Positions 17,714-25,958 of a stretch of DNA of 64,000 nt are shown here, piece by piece. The stretch spans positions 13,327 through 77,326 of the forward strand of contig CAYQMG010000137.1 in NCBI GenBank assembly GCA_964418585.1, read 5' to 3'. Position 1 is the stretch's first letter, and the number at the start of each line of letters is the position of its first letter. Under the pieces are notes generated by a model. That model did no database searches and was not told the DNA's origin. It saw nothing but the letters and a program-made list of their open reading frames with translations. Origin of the DNA: an uncultured Gammaproteobacteria bacterium. Its GTDB lineage: Bacteria > Myxococcota_A > UBA796 > JAJRTE01. The position numbers and the translations under genes were made by a program.

Positions 17714-18589
17714 ATGGCCGAAGGACTCGAGAGAGTTCCGCTCGTTGCCGGGCTCATCCTCGGGGTGGCGTTGCTCGGGGTGGACGAGTGTCGCGTGGGG
17801 ACTCCCGTGGTGGTGTCCGTCGTGGACGCCGCGGGCGCGGCGGTGGAGAGCTTTTCGGTCCGGGTGGACGAGCGTGCCCAGTGGACCCGGAGTGTCACCT
17901 TTCAGGTGGACGGAACCGGGTCGTTCGTCTATTTCGTCACCGATCCCGAAGCCACGGTGTTGTTTTTTGTGTCGCACCCCGACTATCATCCCGGAGTGGC
18001 CGTGCTGGACCCTCTGGCCGTTGCCTCGAGTGACCCTGTCGCGGTCACGATTCCGCTGGTGCCCGTCGATACCTGCCTTGGGTTTTCCAACGCCTGTTCA
18101 ACCTCGAGCGGGGGGGGCGCTGCAACTTCCGGGCCTGGAACAGGGACGGTCGTGGTGGGGATGAACGACTGGGTTTATGCGGCTGAGGTACCGCTGATTC
18201 TCGCCCCCTACTGCCTGAGTGTCGAGGTGGAGGAGTCGGTGGACAGCTTCGCGATGTGGACCGACCTGGTGGAGGGGGATCTGGGGGCCACGCTTGCCGT
18301 CCTGGAGTCGAGTGGGATGGTGCTGTGGGCCGACGCTCGGGGGTACTCGGGCGAGTACGAGGGCACGCCCATCCTGGTCCAGTTTCAGGTGGGGGTCTCG
18401 ATCAACGATGCCCAGGCCCTGGTCCAGGCCACGCCGGGACTCGAATGGCTGGAGACGGTCCTGGCCCCGACCTGGGGCACGGTGGAGGTCCGTTCCGGCT
18501 CGGAGTCCCTCTGGGCGTGCACTCTGGAGGAAGATCCGAACATCGAGTATGCGCACGGAGACTTCGTGCTTCCCATCTCCAGCCCCTGA
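17714..18589 (+). CDS. Hypothetical exported protein ending in a subtilase-propeptide-like domain
   Basis: Signal-like N-terminus with Cys (LLGVDEC); C-terminus ILVQFQVGVSINDAQALV...LEEDPNIEYAHGDF resembles S8 prodomains. Confidence 0.55.
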   Translation: MAEGLERVPLVAGLILGVALLGVDECRVGTPVVVSVVDAAGAAVESFSVRVDERAQWTRSVTFQVDGTGSFVYFVTDPEATVLFFVSHPDYHPGVAVLDPLAVASSDPVAVTIPLVPVDTCLGFSNACSTSSGGGAATSGPGTGTVVVGMNDWVYAAEVPLILAPYCLSVEVEESVDSFAMWTDLVEGDLGATLAVLESSGMVLWADARGYSGEYEGTPILVQFQVGVSINDAQALVQATPGLEWLETVLAPTWGTVEVRSGSESLWACTLEEDPNIEYAHGDFVLPISSP

Positions 18590-18673
18590 GGCGGCGGTGG
18601 GTTCCGGAAACAGGCAACGGTTCGCCGGAATGTAGCCATGGCCCCCGATCGAGCGTTCTGGAAAACGGGAGGC

Positions 18674-18715
18674 GGGGTCCGGGCCCCGGTCCGCTTCGGC
18701 TCGAGCCCGGACCCC
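18674..18715. repeat. Perfect 11-bp inverted repeat (GGGGTCCGGGC/GCCCGGACCCC), intergenic hairpin
   Basis: Arms at 18674-18684 and 18705-18715, 20-nt loop, no U-tract. Confidence 0.6.
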
Positions 18716-18774
18716 GGGGGTGGTTTCGACTCATGCCGGTCGTGCCCCCCACCGGCCGCGGAACGGAGGGTCCC

Positions 18775-19554
18775 ATGGGACTGGTCGTCCACGTCGTCCC
18801 CTGTTTGCACGACAACTACGCTTATGTCCTTCAGTGCAGCCGCACCAACGCGCTCGCCGTTGTGGACCCTGGAGAATCCGGACCGGTCATCGAGACCGTC
18901 GCAGCTCTGGGGGGGCGGCTCGAGGCCGTGTTTGCGACGCACCATCATCGAGATCACACCGGGGGGGCGCCGGCGCTCCTGGAGCGGTTCCCGGACGCGC
19001 GGTTCCATGTTCATGTGCAAGACCGCGCGCGTATCGCCTGGTTCGGGGTTGGCCTGGAGGAGGGGATCGATGTTCCGGTGGGAGAGTTGATGGTGCATGT
19101 CTTGCACGTTCCCGGGCACACATTGGGGTCGGTGGCCTACCGGGTGGAGGACGCCGTGTTCACGGGGGACACCTTGTTCGGTGGCGGGTGCGGTCGGTTG
19201 TTCGAGGGAACGGCGGCCATGATGTATCGTTCCCTGAACCACCGACTGGACGGGCTTCCGGGAAGCACTCGAGTCTATTTTGGGCACGAGTACACGGTGG
19301 ACAACCTGATGTTTGCCCGAACCCTGGAGCCGCGCAACGAGATTCTGGCCGAGCGGCTGAAGCGAGCCATGGAGCGTATCAGCGCGGGAGGGACGACCGT
19401 TCCCTCCACGCTGGCGTTGGAGCGCCGGACCAATCCCTTTCTGCGGTGTGGATTGCCCGAGTTGTCGGAAGCGGTGGCGGCGGCGCACGGGAAGCAAGTT
19501 CTGGATCCAGTCGGCCTGTTCGAGTACGTTCGGGCACTGAAGGATCGGTTCTGA
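18775..19554 (+). CDS. gloB: Hydroxyacylglutathione hydrolase (glyoxalase II)
   Basis: DNYAY, VVDPG, THHHRDHTGG, PGHTLG, FTGDTLFGGGCGRLFEG, GHEYT, VPSTLALERRTNPFLR. Confidence 0.95.
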   Translation: MGLVVHVVPCLHDNYAYVLQCSRTNALAVVDPGESGPVIETVAALGGRLEAVFATHHHRDHTGGAPALLERFPDARFHVHVQDRARIAWFGVGLEEGIDVPVGELMVHVLHVPGHTLGSVAYRVEDAVFTGDTLFGGGCGRLFEGTAAMMYRSLNHRLDGLPGSTRVYFGHEYTVDNLMFARTLEPRNEILAERLKRAMERISAGGTTVPSTLALERRTNPFLRCGLPELSEAVAAAHGKQVLDPVGLFEYVRALKDRF

Positions 19555-19774
19555 TCGGGCGTTGAACCGGGAAGGCCCGGCAAAAAACGCACTTCCCTTG
19601 TGGGGCGGGAAGCTATATACTGCAATCCTGACCCGGGAGTCGGGGGGATTGGTCCTGGAGGCATGGTGTCGCCGTGTAGGCCCTGTGTTTTCCTGGAAGG
19701 AACTATATGATTCGAGGTGCTCGGAGGTCCCCTCCAGGCAAAGCCGTGTTCTCACCAGCGAACGGAGCGTTATC

Positions 19775-22700
19775 GTGAAGAAATTTGGTGTGCAGCTATT
19801 GTTGTTCCTGTGGTTCCTCGGCATGAGTGTCGGGGTGATGACTGGGTGTTCTTCCGACGACGATGACGACGCGACCACCTACTACACGTCGGAGACGCCT
19901 CCCATCGAGGATGACGATGCGACGGGTGACGACGACGCGACCGGTGACGATGACACCGGAGGGGTGACCCCCACGCCGCCTGTGCGGCCGGGGCCGACGC
20001 CTTCGCCGACCCCGTTGCCGCCCACGCCGACAGCGACCGTACCTCCGGACCACGACGGGGACGGCTACTCCTTGGCCGAGGACTGTGACGACAAGAACCC
20101 CGACGTTCATCCTGGAGCCACCGAGGTGTGCGACAACGTGGACAACGACTGCGATGGTGTGGTCGATGGGGAGAATGCCCAGGACCGGCAGGAGTGGTAC
20201 CCGGATGCGGACCAGGACGGGTATGGAACGTCGACGGACGCGGTCATGGCCTGTTTCCAGCCGGAGGGGTATGCGGACAACGATCAGGACTGTGACGACA
20301 CCAATGCCGGGGTGAACCCGGGGGCGGAGGAGGTTTGCGACGACGAGGACCTGGACGAGAACTGTAACGGTGTCGCCGACGATGCGGACAGCAAGGCCGA
20401 CCCGGCGACCTTCAACACGTTCTATCCGGACGTGGATGACGACGGATTCGGGGACGAAAACGGGGTGCCGGTGCTCCAGTGCGACGTGCCCAAGGGATAC
20501 TCGGACAACAATCTCGACTGCAACGACGAGGATCCCAGGTTCAACCCGGACGCCCAGGAAGACGACTGCACCGATCCGAACGACTACAATTGCGACGGGA
20601 CCACCGGGTATGCCGATGCGGACGGCGACGGCTATGCCGCCTGTCAGGACTGCGACGACGGAAATCCTGCGGTGAACCCCGGGGCGACCGAGGTGTGTGA
20701 CCCGGACAATGTGGACGAGAACTGCAACGACCTGGCCGACAACGACGATCCCAAGGCGGACGATACCACCAAGAGCGCTTTCTACATCGACGCGGACGGG
20801 GACGGCTACGGTGACGAGAACGGCGTGCGGCTCGTGCTCTGCGATCCTCCCGAGGGTTACGTGGACAACAATGGGGACTGCGACGACTCCGACCCGGCTT
20901 ACAATCCCGGGGCCGTCGAGGACGACTGCACCGACCCGAACGACTACAACTGCGACGGCTCCATCGGCTCGGACGACCTGGACGGTGACGGTGTTCCAGC
21001 GTGTGAGGACTGCAACGACAACGATCCGGACATCAGCCCCCTTGCCACCGAGGTGTGCGACCCGGACAACGTGGACGAGAACTGCAACGGCCTCGCCGAC
21101 GACGCCGACGACACCACCGACCCGCTGACCAAGACCGCGTACTACCCCGACGTGGACGGCGACGGCTATGGAGACGAGACCGATCTGGGCACGCTCTACT
21201 GCGACCCGCCTGAAAACCACGTCGCGGACAACACCGACTGCAACGACGCCGATCCGGCTTACAATCCGGGGGCTGTCGAAGATGACTGCACCGATCTCGA
21301 GGACTACAACTGCGACGGCTTTTCAGGCGCCGCCGACCTCGACGGGGACGGCTTCCCCACCTGCAACGACTGTGACGACACCAACCCGGACATCAACCCC
21401 GGAGCCACCGAGGTGTGCGACCCGGACAACGTGGATGAAAACTGCAACGGCACCGCGGACGACGAGGACGCCACCGTCGATGCCGCCACTCAAGCCACCT
21501 ACTATCCGGACAGCGATCAGGACGGGTATGGAGACATGAACGACGCCGGTACCCTCTATTGCGACCCGCCCGAGGGTTACCTGCTGGACCACAGCGACTG
21601 CAACGACACGGACCCGGCCTACAATCCAGCGGCGGTCGAGACCGACTGTGAGGACCCGAACGACTACAACTGCGACGGGTTCGCAGGCGCTGATGACAAC
21701 GATGGGGACGGCTATCTCTCCTGTGAGGACTGCAACGACAGCGACCCGGCTATCAACCCCGGCGCCACCGAGGTGTGTGACGACGCGAATACCGACGAGG
21801 ACTGCGACGGGTTGGCGGACAACGACGACGACAGCGCCGCTCTCCGCACCAAGATTCGTGCCTACGTGGACAAGGATGGGGACGGCTACGGCGCCTCCGA
21901 CGACTCCGGGATTCGCGTGTGTGACCCGCCGGAGGGCTACGCGGACAACAACGGCGACTGCGACGACGGCGACGCCGGCCGCAACCCGGGCCTGCCGGAG
22001 GTGTGCGACCCGGACAACGTGGACGAGAACTGCAACGGCGTCGCCGACAACCGCGACGACACGACCGACCCTGAATCCATGTACAGCTTCTATCCCGACG
22101 CGGACGGCGACGAATATGGTGACATGAACGCCGAACCCATCGTGCGTTGTGATGTCCTCGGGGCCTACTCCACCCTCGGCACCGACTGTGACGATGCCGA
22201 CCCGGAGATCAACCCGGCGGTACAGGAGATCTGCGATGACGAGACAGACAACGACTGCGATGGGAGCACCGACTGCGACGATGGCGACTGTTCCCAGACC
22301 GCAGAGTGCATCGTGATTCCTTGCCCCTATGACGACCTCGGGTCCGCCATGGGCGAGGCTGTGGTCACCGGCTCCAACGAAGGGATGGGCGCGAACCTCA
22401 GCGGGAGTTGCCGTATCGACAGCACCGGCGAAGACGTGGCCTACAGTTGGACCGCACCGCACGACGGCACCTACACCTTCAATACCGACGGGTCGGAATA
22501 CGACACCGTCCTCTACATCCGCGACACGGACTGCGATGGGGACGAACTGGACTGTGACGACGACAGTGGTGAGGGCACACGGTCTCAGATCGTGTTGGAC
22601 CTTGTCGAGGGCCAGGTGATCGTCATTGTGATCGATGCCTACAGCAGCAACTATTCCGGTACCTACCAGCTCAATATCTTCGAGGAGCTGCCACCCACGC

Positions 22701-25700
22701 CGACCCCCGTGCCTCAGTGCCCCGACTATGACCTCGGGTCCGCGGTGGGAGACGCCGTGGCCACGGGTAGTTCCGACGGGGCCGTCGACCGCTACGAACC
22801 CTCCTGTGTCTATTCCAGCGGTGGCGGCGAAATCACCTTCCGCTGGGTGGCGCCCGAGACCGGGGAGTACGTGTTCGACACCAACGGCTCCGACTACGAT
22901 ACCACGCTCGCCCTGTTCCGGAGCTGTGCCGACCCGGTCGAACTCGAGTGCGACGACGACGGCGGAGACGGCCTCCAGTCCAGTCTCTCCTACACCTTCT
23001 CCGCAGGGGACGAGGTCCTCATCATCCTGGACTCGAGCAGCTCGAGCGCCAGCGGCAGCTATGTGCTGAACATCAACCTCCTGGCCGCGGTGACCCCCGG
23101 CCCCACGGCAACGCCGGTCGCCACCGCGACGCCCGCTCCCACGGCGACCCCGGCGCCCTCCTGTCCACAGTACGACCTCGGATCCGTCGTGGGTTCCGCC
23201 GTCGCCACCGGAAGCAACCTGAACGAGGTGAGCAACTTCGATGGTAGCTGCGCTTACAGCACCGGAGGCAGGGATGTCTCCTTCGCATGGACAGCACCTG
23301 AAACCGGAACCTACACGTTCGACACCATCGGCTCTTCCTACGACACGGTCCTGATGTTGTACGACACCTGCGGAGGGACCGAACTCGCTTGTGACGACGA
23401 CGGGGCCGGCTCCCTCAAGTCGGAGATCACTCGAGACTTCGTCGCTGGAGAATCCGTTATCATCGTCATCGATGGCGCCTTCTCCACTTCCTCCGGGGAC
23501 TATGTGCTCAACATCTCGGGCGGCGCCGTGGTGACCCCCACGCCCAGCCCGACACCGCCGCCCACCGCCTCACCGTTCCCTTCCGTCTGTCCGGACGCCG
23601 ACCTGGGGAGCGCCGTGGGACCGGCAGTGGTAGAAGGTAGCAACGTGGGAACGGGGAACGAGTTCGAGGGGTCCTGCGCCTACAGTACGGGCGGTGAGGA
23701 CGTGGCCTTCACCTGGACCGCTCCAAACAGTGGTACCTATGTGTTCGACACCGTCGGGTCGGACTATGACACCGTGCTCATGATCTACTCGGAATGCGGT
23801 GGAACCGAACGTGCCTGCGACGACGACGGGGCCGGCTCCCTCAAGTCCCGTATCTCCATGGACCTGCTCGCAGGCGACATGATCCTCATTGTGATCGACG
23901 CCGCTTCTTCCTACTCGAGCGGCAACTATGTCCTCAACATCACCCCGCCCTCTCTGGAGACGCCCACGCCCACCCCGATCGGCTGTCCGGAATTCGACCT
24001 GGGTTCTGCGATCGGCCCGGCTGTAGCCATCGGGGACAACACAGGGGCCGGCGATGACTTCGAGGGTGATTGCGCCTGGGCTTTCGGAGGGGAGGACGTG
24101 ACCTACGGTTGGGTCGCCCCTGAGACCGGGACCTACACCTTCGACACCATTGGGAGCAGCTTTGACACGGTGCTCTTCCTCTATGCAGACGGCCAGTGCG
24201 GCGGGACCGAACTCGGCTGCAACGAGGACATCGGTGGGGGTGTGTACCAGTCTTCCGTGACCGTCGACCTCGAGGCCGGAGAGTCCGTCGTCATCGTTGT
24301 GGATGGTTATTCCGGATCCACGAACGGTGAGTACGTCCTCAACATCACCCAGGAGACCACCCCCTCCACGTGCACCTCCATCTACGACATTCAGGATGTG
24401 AGCAGCCTGGCCCATCCTGCCGAGGATACTCTCCTGGACGTGTGTCCCGCCGTGGTCACCGCCGTGCTGAACAGTGGGGCCTTCTACATGCAGGCAGCGG
24501 AGGGAGGAGCCTACAGCGGGATCTTCGTCTACCAGTCGAGTTCCACCGGGATTACCCCGGAGGACCTGGCCATCGGGGATGTGGTGGAGGTCACCGGCAC
24601 TTACGTTGAGTACAACGGCCTGTCCGAAATCAGTCTCACCGCGAACAAGGACAGTTCGTCTGTCACCGTGGTCGGGCAAGTGGCGCCGTTGGCCCCTGAA
24701 ATCGTGGACTCCCCGGCGGACATCGGCACCACCGTGGGGGACTGCAGCAACAAGACTGCGGGACCGTTGGCCGAGGCCTATGAAAGCGTGCTCGTCGCGG
24801 TCGAAAACGTGGTGGTCACCGACACCGACCCCTGCGGGGAAGGGTCCTACGGGATCTGGGAGGTCAGTGACTCCATGCTGGTGGACGACACGTTCGACTA
24901 CCTGTACGTCCCCAACGTTGGAGACGAGATCAACCTCCTGGCCGGTATTTCCACTTACGCCTACGGCGAGTTCAGACTGCTGCCGCGGAGCAACCGTGAC
25001 ATCGATCTGGCGGCCTGGAAGAGCATCGAGTTCAAGGCCACGGTGCCCCCCAATACCCCGGCGAGCGACATGATTTATGTATCCGGCGATGTTGCAGAGT
25101 TGGGAAGCTGGGACGCTGCTGGAGTTCCGATGGAGACTGAGGACGGGGTCATCTGGACCGCCACCGTGCTCATCCCTGCGGGAGTCGAGTTCCAGTACAA
25201 GTACACTCGAGGCACCTGGGACACGGTGGAGGGAACCGCTGATTGCGGATACATGGACAATCGGACCGGTTTGGCGAATGCCAACAAGACCATTGTGGAC
25301 ACCATCGCCGGATGGGAGGACTGCCCCGCGGTACAGTTGGCGTGCACACCGGATCAGGATCTGGGCGCCTCGATCGGCTACTACGTGGCAACCGGGAGCA
25401 ATGCGTCCGCCACCGACGACTACAGTCCCTCCACCTGCGCGTCGGGCAGTGTGGGCGGGAAGGACGTGACGTTCAAGTGGAGCGTACCGGAAAGCGGGTG
25501 CTACTACTTCGATACCTATGCGCCCTATTACTCGTCCAGCTACGACACCGTTCTGTACATCCTCGAGACCGATTGCTCCACGGAGATCGCCTGTGATGAC
25601 GATGGAAGTTACTCCTACTGGGGTGAGTCCGAAATCGAGTCCTTCTGCCTCGACGCCGGCACCACCGTCGTCATTGTGGTGGACGCCTACTCGTCGACCG

Positions 25701-25741
25701 ATACCGGAGACTATTACCTCACGATTCTCGGCCCCTATTAG
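19775..25741 (+). CDS. 1988-aa surface lipoprotein: 12 MopE-related Cys/Asp repeats, 6 PPC-like beta-sandwiches, 2 OB-fold-like domains, CBM20-like domain
   Basis: GTG start with GGAG RBS; MTGC lipobox; repeats DxDGDG..DC(D/N)D..P..NP.A.E.C; repeated DLGS..A..GS..SC..G.DV.F.W.AP..GTY.FDT.GS.YDTVL; SIYDIQ..AVVTAV..FYMQ..SGIFVY and YGEFRLLPR; IEFKATVP..IYVSGDVAELGSWD..FQYKYTRG. Confidence 0.85.
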   Translation: MKKFGVQLLLFLWFLGMSVGVMTGCSSDDDDDATTYYTSETPPIEDDDATGDDDATGDDDTGGVTPTPPVRPGPTPSPTPLPPTPTATVPPDHDGDGYSLAEDCDDKNPDVHPGATEVCDNVDNDCDGVVDGENAQDRQEWYPDADQDGYGTSTDAVMACFQPEGYADNDQDCDDTNAGVNPGAEEVCDDEDLDENCNGVADDADSKADPATFNTFYPDVDDDGFGDENGVPVLQCDVPKGYSDNNLDCNDEDPRFNPDAQEDDCTDPNDYNCDGTTGYADADGDGYAACQDCDDGNPAVNPGATEVCDPDNVDENCNDLADNDDPKADDTTKSAFYIDADGDGYGDENGVRLVLCDPPEGYVDNNGDCDDSDPAYNPGAVEDDCTDPNDYNCDGSIGSDDLDGDGVPACEDCNDNDPDISPLATEVCDPDNVDENCNGLADDADDTTDPLTKTAYYPDVDGDGYGDETDLGTLYCDPPENHVADNTDCNDADPAYNPGAVEDDCTDLEDYNCDGFSGAADLDGDGFPTCNDCDDTNPDINPGATEVCDPDNVDENCNGTADDEDATVDAATQATYYPDSDQDGYGDMNDAGTLYCDPPEGYLLDHSDCNDTDPAYNPAAVETDCEDPNDYNCDGFAGADDNDGDGYLSCEDCNDSDPAINPGATEVCDDANTDEDCDGLADNDDDSAALRTKIRAYVDKDGDGYGASDDSGIRVCDPPEGYADNNGDCDDGDAGRNPGLPEVCDPDNVDENCNGVADNRDDTTDPESMYSFYPDADGDEYGDMNAEPIVRCDVLGAYSTLGTDCDDADPEINPAVQEICDDETDNDCDGSTDCDDGDCSQTAECIVIPCPYDDLGSAMGEAVVTGSNEGMGANLSGSCRIDSTGEDVAYSWTAPHDGTYTFNTDGSEYDTVLYIRDTDCDGDELDCDDDSGEGTRSQIVLDLVEGQVIVIVIDAYSSNYSGTYQLNIFEELPPTPTPVPQCPDYDLGSAVGDAVATGSSDGAVDRYEPSCVYSSGGGEITFRWVAPETGEYVFDTNGSDYDTTLALFRSCADPVELECDDDGGDGLQSSLSYTFSAGDEVLIILDSSSSSASGSYVLNINLLAAVTPGPTATPVATATPAPTATPAPSCPQYDLGSVVGSAVATGSNLNEVSNFDGSCAYSTGGRDVSFAWTAPETGTYTFDTIGSSYDTVLMLYDTCGGTELACDDDGAGSLKSEITRDFVAGESVIIVIDGAFSTSSGDYVLNISGGAVVTPTPSPTPPPTASPFPSVCPDADLGSAVGPAVVEGSNVGTGNEFEGSCAYSTGGEDVAFTWTAPNSGTYVFDTVGSDYDTVLMIYSECGGTERACDDDGAGSLKSRISMDLLAGDMILIVIDAASSYSSGNYVLNITPPSLETPTPTPIGCPEFDLGSAIGPAVAIGDNTGAGDDFEGDCAWAFGGEDVTYGWVAPETGTYTFDTIGSSFDTVLFLYADGQCGGTELGCNEDIGGGVYQSSVTVDLEAGESVVIVVDGYSGSTNGEYVLNITQETTPSTCTSIYDIQDVSSLAHPAEDTLLDVCPAVVTAVLNSGAFYMQAAEGGAYSGIFVYQSSSTGITPEDLAIGDVVEVTGTYVEYNGLSEISLTANKDSSSVTVVGQVAPLAPEIVDSPADIGTTVGDCSNKTAGPLAEAYESVLVAVENVVVTDTDPCGEGSYGIWEVSDSMLVDDTFDYLYVPNVGDEINLLAGISTYAYGEFRLLPRSNRDIDLAAWKSIEFKATVPPNTPASDMIYVSGDVAELGSWDAAGVPMETEDGVIWTATVLIPAGVEFQYKYTRGTWDTVEGTADCGYMDNRTGLANANKTIVDTIAGWEDCPAVQLACTPDQDLGASIGYYVATGSNASATDDYSPSTCASGSVGGKDVTFKWSVPESGCYYFDTYAPYYSSSYDTVLYILETDCSTEIACDDDGSYSYWGESEIESFCLDAGTTVVIVVDAYSSTDTGDYYLTILGPY
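20400..21840 (+). repeat. Intragenic tandem repeat with an exact 360-nt (120-aa) period, about 4 copies
   Basis: GACTACAA(T/C)TGCGACGG recurs at 20582, 20942, 21302 and 21662. Confidence 0.85.
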
Positions 25742-25763
25742 CCACCAGGGCGCCGACCTCTGA

Positions 25764-25790
25764 CAGGGGTGACCACCCCGGTCTCCCCTG
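25764..25790 (+). terminator. GC-rich hairpin after the giant lipoprotein gene
   Basis: CAGGGGTGACC-ACCCC-GGTCTCCCCTG, 10 of 11 bp paired; no U-tract, so the terminator role is uncertain. Confidence 0.4.
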
Positions 25791-25888
25791 CCACCATCCC
25801 TTCCAGAACGTTCCCCGGGGGCGGTCGACGGACCGCGCGCCCGGGCCCTGCCTTCGAAAGCAGGCAACGCCTGTGCGGGCAGGCCCCT

Positions 25889-25916
25889 TTGTTCCTCCGG
25901 TTCTGCCGGGTATACT
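25889..25916 (+). promoter_or_regulatory. Possible sigma70 promoter of the GRE operon (TTGTTC-N16-TATACT)
   Basis: TATACT at 25911-25916, about 43 nt before the ATG at 25959. Confidence 0.4.
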
Positions 25917-25958
25917 GTGCCGAGAGACTTTTCTGGCCCGACGAACGAGGAGCTACCC

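Noticed and set aside
20400-24360. Regular repeats considered as a CRISPR array or mobile repeat
   Set aside because: They are in-frame protein repeats with 120-aa or domain-length periods and degenerate third positions; there are no identical 25-45 bp repeats with unique spacers and no cas genes.
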